This document shows, piece after piece, positions 27,601-40,048 of a stretch of DNA of 64,000 nt. Position numbers and translations under genes: made by a program. The notes beneath the pieces are model-generated. The model made no database searches and was not told the origin of the DNA. It worked only from the letters and a program-made list of their open reading frames with translations. The first letter of the stretch is position 1. Each line of letters starts with the position of its first letter. This DNA is from Trichoplax adhaerens (lineage: Eukaryota; Animalia; Placozoa), in contig NW_002060943.1 of assembly GCF_000150275.1 (NCBI RefSeq), positions 5,910,008 through 5,974,007 of the forward strand. The letters are read 5' to 3'.

Positions 27601-30600
27601 AATAATGTAAGTTTAGTCTTTAATAGATCCATATCCGGATTAAAAGTTGTAATGATGTCAGGTCTTTTCAATATTATTTTAATTTAATCTACCATCAAAT
27701 TAAATAGAATAAGGCATTCTATTTGATTTAGATTCAGTAATAAATCCAGTTATAATTGTTAAAATGTGACTTACGAACAGAAATGATATCAAAATAGTAC
27801 TCAATTTTTAATTCACTTATATTTCACTTCATAGAAACTGCCGGTTTTAATCGAAGAGAACCTACCGCTATATCGCAAAAGTGAAAAATGTGGCTTTCTG
27901 GTTGTTTCAATAATATTTCGATCTTATAAAGGAGTTGATAATCACGGTATATTTACTCCTAACCCATTTTCTAAAAGTGTTCGACATTTATGAATCTTGG
28001 TTACATTGCCAGATATTCAATATTTGGAATTCCTACGTATGATCATCAATAAGCGTTCCTCGTATTTTATATGTACTAGACCCAAATCGATCCAATGATG
28101 CGGAAGAAAATAAGCAATCAGTTATTCGAAGAAAGGGTACAAAGGTTGCGTTTGTATATTTAGCTACTCAGATTTTCAACTCAATGTTAATGAATGAAAT
28201 AACTTAATTAATGTGGTGAAATTGGAAACGATTAAGCAATGGTTAGCTAGATTTCATTCTTTTCAATTTATAATCATAACTTTTATCTTTAATTCCAGGT
28301 CAGAAGATATTCTCACTTTCTAATCGATAGCTTTAATCCACGACAGTCCTCAATTCAAGGTTAAATAAACTCAATTATCTAAATACTGCCATTATCCTAT
28401 ACGAATATTCCAGATTGCCAACATCAGTATATATATACTTCGCATATGGTATTACTGAGAAAAGCAAAGTTATTAAAGCATTAAATAAATTAAAATTTCC
28501 CACAATCAAATATTAAATTATAGGATTTCAAACAGCAATTCAAGTAACTGTTCACAGCGTTCGTGATATATCGGACAAAGATTCAAAGGGTATAAGCTCT
28601 ATATAAGACGAACGTATTATTATTACCGTATTTCAACAAAGCTAAAGTAGAATCAATTCTCTACTTAACTCTATTCTATTTTATTTTAAATTACGTTTCG
28701 AGACATGCTTTAGTCGATCTAAGTATGTTGGTTATATTACATTAGATTGGATAACTTGTTTTAATTACTACCATTTTTCTGATATTTTAGGAGGAGGATG
28801 CTACTGTGAAATTAAGTCTGGCATGCATAGTAGCTTCAAGACTAAAACTATGAATAAAACTAATCAGCCAACTTGGAACGAAAGCTTTGAAGTACCTATA
28901 AGTGAAGGGGGAATTTTAAAAATCGTAAGTTCATACTTTCGACGTAATGTCTGTTATATTCAGACCTAGATAATAAATGCAATACTCTAAAAAATTTTAA
29001 ACAAAGTTCTATTAAAGGAAATAATGTAACTTTATCCTACTTTATTTTGGAAAATGAGTACTAAATTAAAACGAAAGATTTCGAGATAGACTCCATTTCT
29101 TTCGTTCGTTTTATAAGTACTATGATCTACACCTTAATGAAAGCATTACTTCCTGTAAAGTTACTTAAATAATCGTATTATAAACCTCAAATTCTAATCT
29201 TGCTCAATTATTTTGCAGAGATTACAACATAAGATAATTAGAATATTAACTTGTTCGTTACGAGAGAATTTTGCGATAAATTTAACCTGTATAGTACTAT
29301 CCCATCACGAAAATTTATAGCTTTTTGCGTCTAGAAAATATTCAAAAGACTACTGTGATTAATTATCAACGCAATTTTAATATTAACTTAGAAAATTAAT
29401 CAAATGAGCGTAGTTGAACATTAGTACTAGGGAATTAGTGCCATAAATTTAAACATAGTAGGTAAAAAATATGAAATCCGGTTAGCAGGTAGCATAATTT
29501 ATTACCATTTTTGCAATAGCGGGAGCGATCCTGTAATTGATGTCGAGTTGCGTGCTATTAAGTACACGCTTTAGCTTTTTTATGATCTATTTTAAAATTA
29601 TATTCTCATATTTGTTAGAGTGTTATCGAGAAAGGATTACTTAAAACTGTGGCTGGATCAATAAAATTCAATTTTGAAGATATTATGAAGCAAGTGAAGG
29701 TGGCCCAAATTTTTCTGCGTACATTACGTGCTCCTATTTTGTACATAAAACAACTAAAAGATCAATTTCTTGCTCAATAACGGGAATATTATTGAGGACT
29801 TTGAAAGATATACACTAAATACCAGTACTTGCAATCTCAAGTTAATAATTCTTTTGAATAGATTGCAGGCAAATGGTATCAGCTAAATCACAGCAAGAAC
29901 GGCCAAATTCTATTGACCTTTCAAGCTCTGGATTCAAATTACGTGCGATTATATATGATACCATGACCGCTACTTATTAACAATGTTTATGCCTTCGCTA
30001 ATTCACATCACTTCTTGTACTGTATACAGGACAGTAAAGAGTTTGCGAATGATTCAAAATTGCAACCAACACGAAATTCCTCCTCAGCCCTTCTTGCAAT
30101 AGATAGCGAAATCAAATATCCACAGTCTCAAATTAGGAAAAATCGGCAAGTTGATTTGAAGTACTTGTCCTATAATAAATCGGTGTTAAATTCCTAATCG
30201 TAATCTTCTCCCAGACTAATTTTTCAATTCAGTGCATTCTTAAATAATACTTATAATTGCGAATCACTTTTATATCTATACAATTTGCATATCTGCTTCG
30301 TTTTATAATTTATCAAATAGAGCATATCGGCATGCAGCAAATAATTGAACTGTAAATAAGATTACAAATTTAATAGTTTTCTACATTTAGCTTTTTCAAG
30401 CCAGTTTAATTAAATTAGGTCAGCTTCGTTACTATGCTCTTAAAATAAGATAAACTAATTATATGATCAAAACTTTTACTTTTTCTGATAGTTTTAATCG
30501 AATTGTTATGAATGGAGCTACAGATAATAATGATTTCTAGATTCACTTAAGGCAGAAATCTAATATCGAAACTAAAATTTTAGTATAAAACTAATGTGTT

Positions 30601-32841
30601 ACTTATATTAGGAATTCAAGTAAAGATGAAGAAAGTGATGAATTTAGGAAATCTCCTATAAAATTGATATTAGATAGTCAATCAGAGACGCCTAGCGATC
30701 ATTCATCAACTTTCGACTTTATTCCTGATTTGGATATGCTTGATTCTTTTGAGGATAACGCTATTGTAAGGAGTAATAGTGAAACAAGATCCCTGCTAAG
30801 TATGCTTTTTATCTAAGAAAATAATTTATATGCTTTATACGATGAATGGCTTAAGTTATCAAATTCCTTAGGTAACGGGACTATTACAACAGAGCTAAGA
30901 GCCAATTCTATGGATGGAAAAGCCGAAGAAAATGATTATAAACTGCTTAGTAGCAAATCATTTCCGAAATTAAGAGAGCCCAACACCCTGGATGATATGC
31001 AACAGTCATATCCATCCGATCGTCGACATACCGTTAATGCCTTAGATTCGCATGTCGATATTTATATTGGTAAAGAGAATACGCATATGTTATATATCTA
31101 GCTATCGTTTAAATATTTATATAAACCCAATTTTAGTTACCGCTTAGGCGTATGTTATTAATAACTACCGTCTAGATGATAATGATAAGGCAAATCTTGG
31201 TTCATATCCATTACCGTATAATAACTTTAAATTAACGATTGTTCAAGCCACTGGATGCAAAATAAACGGTATTTATGGCTGTATCAATGTTCAATCTACT
31301 TTTTATCTGACTCTTTGGAAATGTAAATATGCTTTGTAATAGTTAATAACATCGATTAATAAAACTTTGGCAATTTCATAAGCACCTTATTAAGTAATTG
31401 CTACCAATGCAACTAAAATTTTTTCCAATGCTTTGCAAGATTAAAATTTGGTTACATATTACTTTCAATTATAGAAAATGTAAAAGTTTGCATTAAGGCA
31501 AAATTGGACATGTAAGTCGACTAGCAAACTATCATAAAATCGTATTATACACCTAAACTGTCCTATGTTAGCAATTATTTATATTGTAAGTTTGCCTTAA
31601 AAAATTCTAAGCAATTTTTTTTACCTATATCTACTATTAGTTCCAGGCATAGGCGACTACTGGTTAATAAGAAATCATATGAATATAAAACTAAAAAGTT
31701 ACCTACCTGTTTTAACCCACAATGGCGAGAAGAAGCCGACGTTAGTTTTAAAAAAGCTATAATAAATTCACTACTACAATTTATAATTTGTCTTTATTTT
31801 ATAAGGTTAACTTTGTTCCAAGAATTAAGCTAATTAAGAGTAAACAAGGAATATTACAATACTTATTTCGAAAAAAACACAACCATCTTCATTAATAATA
31901 TCTTATTTTTGATGACTTTATATCTTGGTCGTTGATCGGCCCATATATCATGTTGACTTGATATTTGAAAAGCCTGGGTTCGCCCTCTAAAACTAACCTA
32001 TTTTATTCTAATACCTACGTAATCAATCCTATCAACTTCATCTACTCACTTAAATTTACGAGGAATGTCAGCATTGTTTTATCGTTAGCATTTTGGTTAC
32101 TTTATTTGAAATACAAGTAGCAAAACTATACAGCTTGTTTCATATCTTTTAATTCTATTTGGTTGATAGACTACACTATCCAATATCCAGTCATGGTCAT
32201 GAGCTTTATTTTAATTTCTTTCATTTTTACAGTTTAAAGGTGCCATCAATGCGAATGCTGATTCTATACTACTGCTTAAAGTTTGTTATTATGAAAAAGG
32301 AGAATACTCTAAATATGCTATAGGTAGCCACAAGACCACATTGGACAAAATTTTTGATAGAGGTATTGTATTCATCAATAAAAGAAGTAGATCAGTTATT
32401 GCAATACGCCTTCATAACCTTATAGATAAGACTTAATTTCAATCATAATCAATTTTGTCATACTTTAGTATAGATGCAATTAGATAAAAATCAATTTTAG
32501 AACTCAAGTTTCTGCGTTTTGCGTGATAATAAATTTACTTAACGTAATGATGTACAAATCGCCAGGGTTAAATATCTTTCTTACTTACTCTATTCTGTCT
32601 TGAATATAGGTCATCATTGCAATAAGTGGCTTTCCTGCGGAAACGGTAAGTCATATAAAATGCTAAGAATTTAATAAGGTATACGCATATAAGACTCTAG
32701 TTTTAAGTATCAATATGATTGTACAGCGTTAAGAATTTTTTAAGTTAACCTTGCTCTGATCGAGGGTCTTTGCTACGCTAATGAACCATTCTAGATATCT
32801 ACTTAGAAATAACAGCTTCTTATCAGAAGTGGATTGGATAA
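21626..32841 (+). CDS. Extended-synaptotagmin/tricalbin-like protein: hydrophobic hairpin, SMP domain, four C2 domains (about 29 exons)
   Basis: Exon 1 (21626-21993) has a hydrophobic segment then ESAEWLNIFFNRWW. SMP motifs ISEFTLGDNMP, FTGRLQIIIEL..FPHF and LMELPLVKSWIQNMI. C2B reads GVLYICVHRGQNLMSMDSDGYSDPYC...TLNPEW...VHDFDGLLSSDDFLG. C2C includes FKTKTMNKTNQPTWNESF and C2D includes YKTKKLPTCFNPQWRE. Exons join in frame to TAA at 32839-32841. Confidence 0.85.
23012..23305. repeat. Diverged tandem repeat (about 110-120 bp x3) in intron 1 of the SMP-C2 gene
   Basis: ATATTA..AG(A/C)TAATGATA...GT..(A/G)GTTAT..TCRTRAAAG(T/C)AATA recurs near 23014, 23122 and 23245. Confidence 0.7.
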
Positions 32842-33668
32842 TGGTATACCATTTAAGTGAAATTTTACGTCTAGATAATACTATCATTTAAATGTGTAAA
32901 GGTCTACTATTAGCAAGATACTATTAGCCTTGTAATCTTATCTATTATATTATAACGTGGACATTATGCTATACGTACAGTACATCTCTTAATTGATACA
33001 AAGTTGACTGCTGATATCCTAGTGTAACCTTTATGTTGCATAGTTTATTAATATACTTTTGATATAATATTTTCATTATGGGCAATACGTTTGTAACAAC
33101 TTCCTTAGTTTAAATCCTGATTAAGAATATGAATGGAAGTTTACTACCATTATATTCATCCTGTGTATCGACGTATTAACTAGTCCAACGAGAATTCTAT
33201 TATACAATTATTGTATAACTAAAACAAGATTAAAAACCAAATATACAAATAATCGTCCCCAAAAACGATCTTTCTATACTGTATCAACATGCAACACGTA
33301 GCAACATCAATTAGGACAGAGTTTCGTTTGGACAGTATAGGCTAGAGCAGCAGCGATAAATCGTTCTCGTGAATGATATTCAACTTTCAACTGGAGGTAT
33401 CGTGAATGCTCGTCGAAGAGAATTTTATTCAATCAATAATAATAAATAATGAGGGACAAATGTAAACTGGAATATGATTCCCTTCATATGACAATGATTG
33501 ATGTCAATCCGATATTATCCTATTCTCGAATGAATGATGCCTAAGCAAAGCCACATAAGCAAATGTGATGGCGAAACAAATTTAGGCCATCAACTAAAAG
33601 GTCTTCATTTGTCCTTCATTAAACTTCATATAATATGGTAGTGAATCAGCGGTGTTTGGGCCGAGTGT

Positions 33669-34500
33669 TGTACAGTACACTGTACAGTGTACAGTATCTA
33701 CAGTACAGTACAGTACAGTACAGTACTGTACTGTACACTGTACACGGTACTACTGTATCAACACGCGCCTGCATGAAAGTGGTGTCCATTATGCTGGATG
33801 TCCGTATAAACGACTGCATTTGCACGTTAGTTTTGGTACTGTGCTTTCTCGAAAGCGAAATAAACGACGCTGAGCGCGATCCTTTTCGTTTCAGAGAAAT
33901 CAACAGTAATGTTACTACTGTATCAGCACGCGGCTGCATGATAGTGATGTCGATTGTGTTCGAAGTCCGTATAAACGACTGTATTTGCAGGTTAGTTTTA
34001 GTACTGTGCTTCCTCGAAAGCGAAATCAACGACGCCGTACAGTGTACAGTACTGAGTGTACATTCTGTACTGTACACTGTACTGTACACTCACGCCCTAG
34101 AACCTGGTATTGGTACTGTCATTACTGTCACTAGTGTGTACACTGTAGTGTACACTCGGTAGGATGGAGACAATATCATTGTAGATTTGATATTACCAGG
34201 ATGAATTGAATACTTTAGCAGCGTTCAATTCTATACACTGCAAAATGGATCCAATGCAGTAAAGTACAGTATCTGTTTTGATATGACAAGGGTGGATTGA
34301 ATAGTTTACCCTATTCAATCTTCCAGTCTACAGTACAGTACAGGGTAAAATTAATTGAATGCTGTAAATTATCTGGTTTCGTTCATACTGTACTGTCCAC
34401 TCAGTACAGTGTACAGTACAGTACACACAGTAGTGAACTGGGACAAACTGTACTGTACTGTACATTGTACTGTACAAACGCGACTCACTACTACAGTAGC
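33669..34500. repeat. (TACAG)n/(CTGTA)n palindromic simple-repeat island upstream of the mitochondrial microprotein gene
   Basis: Dense runs at about 33670-33760, 34036-34155 and 34329-34500, with orientation switches such as TACAGTACAGTACTGTACTGTAC. Confidence 0.9.
33748..34035. repeat. Two direct copies of a 123-bp element (33748-33870 and 33913-34035), period 165 bp
   Basis: Gap-free alignment with 14 substitutions by my count. Shared core GTCCGTATAAACGACTG..GTACTGTGCTTYCTCGAAAGCGAAAT. Confidence 0.9.
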
Positions 34501-34527
34501 TCACGTACGGCACTCCTGGAATCGACG

Positions 34528-34537
34528 ACGCATGCGT
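34528..34537. promoter_or_regulatory. NRF1-like palindrome just upstream of the mitochondrial microprotein ATG
   Basis: ACGCATGCGT, compared with the NRF1 consensus GCGCATGCGC, ends 35 bp before ATG 34572. Confidence 0.45.
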
Positions 34538-34571
34538 AGCATCAGATACTTCGTTTTCAAGGTTGAAAAAA

Positions 34572-35928
34572 ATGGCATCTGGTTTTTCTGCGTTTCGTGC
34601 ATTGGCTTCTCGCCGATTTAGCCAGGGTCTTGTATCTGGACAAACTAAACAAGCTATCCTAACAAAAAGAAATTCTTTAGTACGTTATAGCAGCTCGGAA
34701 GGCGCCGGTGCTAAAAGAGATCTTGTGAGTACAAAGCGATTTCCATCAACCCTTGCTGGCTGTTGTCTTGATAAACGTTGCAAACCGTCAAAAAAGTTGG
34801 ACGGAGCTTATCATCAGAATCATACTTGCTTCCAGACAATTTAAAGTCAAAACTTTGAATACAGTAACTAGTCCTACGGAGAAACATGAGCGAGTCCTTT
34901 TCTCTCGGTTGTCTTTCCACATCAAGTCGTCTTCATTCTGTACAACCATAGAAAATACATTGCACGTCTTTGCATGGCCAGCCGTATTGCTTATAGATGA
35001 CTATTGCACTTATTATACGATACCGCATTGTCGCGTGAAAGCAGTGGCTAAATGAAATTTCAGATACGATAGCATAGAACGGAATAAAGGGCGTAAATAA
35101 TAATGTTGATTAGTTCTGTAAATAGATTATAGTTGATCCAGTTAACTTATTTAGTCTAGGAAAAAGTCATGATATTACTTTTTATCTAATTATAGTGAAA
35201 TTGGCGGCATAGTGTCTGATAGGGCTGTAAGAATGTCTCTTGTTTATAGTTAACCATGAACCATTATTACACTTTATCCCATCAGCTGATGATTAATATA
35301 ATCGACGTGCATGATAGGGGAAAGTAGAAATACGGAAATTACGCTTATTCTATATTTCTAACCACTACACACTATTTTAATTAGAAGACAAATAGAGTTT
35401 TCTCATCTCGCTGTACATTAAGTCACGATAGTACTATACTGCACGAATTGATTCAATGGTATAGTAGGTAACTGTTCAAGGTTGTTGCTTTTATGGTATT
35501 CTGCTTTCAATGGACAGTACTACGAAGCAATTCCTCAATTTAGTCTTAACTCAAGTAAATAATTAAATAATAATTGCTCATTAGTGTATATGTCTTAAAC
35601 GAGTATAGCAGTTAGTAATTATATAATAATAGCGAGCTATTGAATGCGAGTAGATCCTTTATCGCCGTGTGCGCGTACATTTGTCGACGGATTTTGTTTT
35701 AAAATCATGACTACTACCTTTAGCTCATTTGTTTAGTGGCGGTTAGTGATAGTTCCACATCTTGATATTTATTGACTGTTCAATAAAAATTCTTCTTTTC
35801 AGGGTTTAGGTGGTATAGTTGGAGTCTTCGCTTTCTTTAGTGTATGCATCCTTGGTATTCCTCTAGTCGTTGGACTAGATGTTGGTCAAAAGGCGAAGGA
35901 ACGTGCTCTAAAAGCGGAAAATGAATAA
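34572..35928 (+). CDS. 92-aa mitochondrial single-pass membrane microprotein, cytochrome c oxidase subunit 8 (or 7C)-like; exons 34572-34724 and 35803-35928
   Basis: Arg/Ser/Ala-rich, acid-free presequence MASGFSAFRALASRRFSQ...SLVRYSS. Strong donor GTGAGT at 34725 and acceptor TTCTTCTTTTCAG ending 35802, phase 0. Exon 2 encodes GLGGIVGVFAFFSVCILGIPLVVGLDVGQKAKERALKAENE*. The gene model is well supported; the family assignment is tentative. Confidence 0.7.
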
Positions 35929-36924
35929 ATATCATCTATTTGACTGCTTCACTGTTATATGTACAGTAATCTCAATATTCCTATTTCGTAACGTTTTACA
36001 ACTGTTTGCTAAACAATGTCAGTAATAGTGATGGCAATATCATAGTATGACTCTGTACGCTGATTAAAAAATTGTCGGAGAACGAAACCAGCCATTCTCC
36101 GCTATCATACTATTGTACGTTATTCCAGATCACCATGCATTTGCCGGGTGTGCTTAATTTGTTAACAATTATACAAGCTTGAAGTGCCCATAATTTTACT
36201 GCCTTTGTACCTTAATTGTAGAATCTTTCTGTGATTTTCTCTAACGAATAAATGATACAATATGCAGATGCTGTAAGTTGATGCAGTTAAACGTTCATCA
36301 CCAATATCATGATAGTATCAAATGAATCCTGATGGTGTGCTTCAAATTGAAGTGAAATGACGAACTGATAACTTGATTCTATTTCATATCAATCAAAGAA
36401 TTTACACAATCTATTGGCAAGAATCTACTACACTCTGTGTATTTTATGGTAATACTTTTAGCATCAGTAGTTCGAAGAATTGCATGCTTGATGACGTACT
36501 AAGATAGGATATTAGCAAGTGCGATTTACACGAATAGAGCTTTTTATTACACAACGCATTTTATTTGTCATTGTTTATCGATATTAGTAACGTAATAGAC
36601 GGTTGCAACATCGCGGATGCTGTATAATTAGAATCTTAAGCATACGCGTACAGGTACCAGCAATAATACATTTACATAGTTATAATTATTTTCATAAAAG
36701 TTTCTGAACAGAAAGCGTCTTTACTGCATCAAAGTGAAATTAGTCAAGCCTTTCACGTAACAGTATACACATCCCTATATATACAGTACCAATCATAAAT
36801 TACAGGATTAAATACAGTAGGCCGTAGAGTTATAGAGTCATCAATATTCGTCATTTTTCTTGTCCAGAGATGCCAAAGCGTCAAGTTGAGGTCAATATTG
36901 CAGACCAATGACTGGTAGTAAGCT

Positions 36925-39711
36925 TTAGTAGGTTTTTCCAATCTTATCGAATATTTCAATTTTACCAGTAACTGATTGAAACGGCTAAATACCCATTTTA
37001 TATTAAAGGAAAATTTGTTAACTTAGGCATTTAATAAACAATCACTATGTCTTATTTTATAACATTTATAATTCATGTGATTATCATGGTAAAAAGTAAA
37101 TTACTTAAAATGATTACGACAAATTAAAGATGTTAAGGCTGCATCTAATACCTTATCATGCTTATCGAGATCGTGGTCAGTTTCCCTAAAATGATCGGTT
37201 CCGTATGCAATCCTGGAAAATTGATTAACAGTAACTTGATTAGAACACATTCTATTTACATATTATAATATGGACAATGGCATTCACCTTCCGTATGATG
37301 TCGAACCATGTAATGTAGGCTCATAGGGTATAGTTCTATGAGAAAATGGTTGAAATCTGTAAAACAATGAAATCTGAGTTAATATGAGCATCGAATTTTT
37401 TTCTACTTATTTTCTGTGAACTAGCGAAAGTTTCTTAGCAGTTAAATAAACATTTTATAACTGACTACTGAGAAAACTGTCAAAGTCTAATCATTTTAAA
37501 CTTACGGTTTATCTTGTATTCGCATTCTTTTTTCAAGTTGCTTCATATAACGTCTAAAAATTAAGATCAATTGACCCATATTTAGCAAAATTATCATGAT
37601 TATTGGAAATGCCACATATACTTTTAAAAGCGATATTAATTTTTACCTTGTATCATCAGCAGATGTGTAAGCAGTTTCAGCACGAAGGCTAAGATTAATT
37701 TCCTTATTGCGTTGCGTGACTACGTTCTCAGGTGATCGAAATGGTCCCTAATATTTTTATTAAATTGATATTATTTCGCACCAAAATTGGATAATTAATA
37801 TTTAGTACGAGACTACCTGCTGCTTTGTTGTTTGTAACGGTGGCAATACAACGATATTCCCACCATTACTCAGGTTGTTTTTTTGTGTATATGACTGGCT
37901 TCTTAGACTGGCCATTTTAACTTCACGCAGATGATTTTCCATCTGATTAGGATATCTATGAGTAAATTGTAAGACGGATTTAATATTTTTGATGATATTT
38001 CTTATAGTACTCGTTTGTAAGTTAATAGAACAGCTTATGCTATAATAAGTGGGTTACAATAGCAATACCTATTGAAAGGAGAATTGTACACACCAGGTAT
38101 CTAAAAGTATTAATGCATTCACCAAATAAATAAATAAATTAGATGAAAGGCATGGCAAATATTTCTACAGAAAAATTACCATGCATATACTAGTGCACAA
38201 ACCTGGTGAGTACTAACGAGATAATGCAGTCTAGATGCATTCTCATAAAGCTCCTTTTGCTCTTCATTCTTTTGATTTTGTTCTACTTCTTCCTTAAGTT
38301 TTCTGCCCACTTCTTCAAGTCTATGTCTGCGCAGACGTGTATGAATACGTAAATTATAGATATATTAAAAGTTACCATACAGAAAGCTGAAAAATATAGT
38401 CTTAAAATTACCTCACAAATTCATTCTTTAAAGCTAATCCTTCAAGGTATTTCTTACGTGCGTAATAATTAAACTCGTATTTTCTAGTCCAATACCCTAA
38501 GTTAGGTAAAAGTTGTTGTGACAAAAATAAGCTTATTGTAGTAAGTAGTTATGCTATAGGCAGTTTCCATTTCTAATTTATCCTAAATTCTTTGCAAAAG
38601 TAGCTTTCAACAGGGAAATATATCTTAATTTGAGCAATTTCTTGAACTCAACGCACCTCTCCAAGTTTTTTGAATCTATAAAATATAACATAAATATAAT
38701 GAAATTAATATTTGATTATAATACCGAAAAATACAGTGAATTTATAAATTATATTTAATTTTTGTAATACTCATTATAGCATAAAGCGATCTGAATGGAC
38801 ATAAGCTTATCGATATTCTCTTATCGTACATACAGACCTCTATAAGTACTGTACTTATGAAACTTCCTTGCTATTGCTATACAAGGTATTGTAAAATTAC
38901 ACCATTTTGTCAATAGATTACTTACAATTGTTGCCATATTATAGTAATACTTCCACTCCATCTTAGTCACAGCTTCCTACAATTTTAATTTTTTAAATAA
39001 AAATTAGTTTATTCTACAGGTGATAAGCTATGATGGATGTACTAATCTCAAAGAGTATGCAACAAAATAGTAACCTTTAATTTTATCCTGTAAGTTTTCC
39101 TAGCTCGAAAGGCCCGAAAACACCTCTGTATGATCGATGCCGCTTGATGCAAGTGTCTATAATATACAATAAGGTAAAATGTCAGTGAGGATGATCAATG
39201 ATTAATAATAAAAGTTTACCTTATAATATAACGATCATTTAACAAATAACTCCATCGCTGTACAGACACGATATGAATGGGTATCAAGCGATGGTAAAAA
39301 AATTGTTGATAAAAGTGATTATAGGATTACAAACGACATATTCTTATTACTTTATTAACGCCTTGACTCTGACACCTCGATACCAACTCTGTATTACGAC
39401 GACAGCACGATATTCTGTATCTCGATACTTCTCGGCTTCTCTAAAATTACACGTACAAGCAAAGAGTAATAAATGAGGTCTCGACTACTATATTCATTGA
39501 ATTACTATCATCCTTTCCATGAAGATTTAATGTGGTGTAGTTTTACTTTAAAAGATCGATCGATAATAATTATAATCAAAGAAGAACTGAATGTGGTTTT
39601 CATTTTAACTACACTTTCTATGTTTGAATACGTTAGCACTTACCTTGTTGCGTCGATTAAATCATCAATAAGTCTATGTTTTGAGCACCATAACTTAACG
39701 AAGGAAGCCAT
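36925..39711 (-). CDS. SPATA17: Spermatogenesis-associated protein 17 (IQ-motif ciliary protein), 14 coding exons
   Basis: Spliced translation: MASFVKLW...AVVVIQSWYRGVRVK..AASIIQRCFRAFRARK..MATIIQKTWRGYWTRKYEFNYYARKKYL...LHYLVSTHQIPGVYNSPF...QGPFRSPE...IFDKIGKTY*. Three IQ motifs plus the HYLxSTxQIPGxYNSPF and GPFR signatures. No exon is long enough for the ORF track. Confidence 0.9.
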
Positions 39712-40048
39712 TATCTATAGAATGATAATTAATTGATTACTATGAACACGAATTGTATTTTATGTTATCAATATACGCGTCTACTACTTTGCCTACAATA
39801 TTAGGATCATGCAAAACTCGATCAGCACATACTTTTCAATACGATTAGAGTAAATAACGTTTTGTATATTACTAAATCGTAACTATTCGAATATAAATAC
39901 GATTGCCAATACGATAAAATACTGTACCTATATGTGCCTCAAATAAGAAATGGCTTCTTTTAACCTTTTTATGTATAATATTCCAGATTGCTCTGCTTAA
40001 TTTTTGTGTGTTGCAGGAGTGATGTATACTGCTTTCTTCGGCGTACTT

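Noticed and set aside
28702-28722. Apparent microexon (AG...GTATGT) in the SMP-C2 gene
   Set aside because: The flanking exons already join in phase 1, and including it introduces a TAG stop.
33748-34035. Possible CRISPR-like array, spliceosomal snRNA or hammerhead ribozyme
   Set aside because: Only two long copies in a eukaryotic context. No U1/U2/U4/U5/U6 signature sequences, no CTGATGA hammerhead core, and box C is not canonical.
34297-34621. Overlapping ORFs rich in YSTVQ/CTVL (also 40286-40546, 41466-41855, 62912-63685 and the flanks of 33635-34162)
   Set aside because: These are translations of (TACAG)n/(CTGTA)n repeats, which lack stops in most frames. They show no domain motifs or splice support.
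34711-34920. Minus-strand ORF containing KLRPTFLTVC, reminiscent of the lipid phosphate phosphatase motif LRPxFLxVC
   Set aside because: Isolated motif, antisense within the microprotein intron. No other PAP2 motifs or TM exons are nearby, so it is probably chance.
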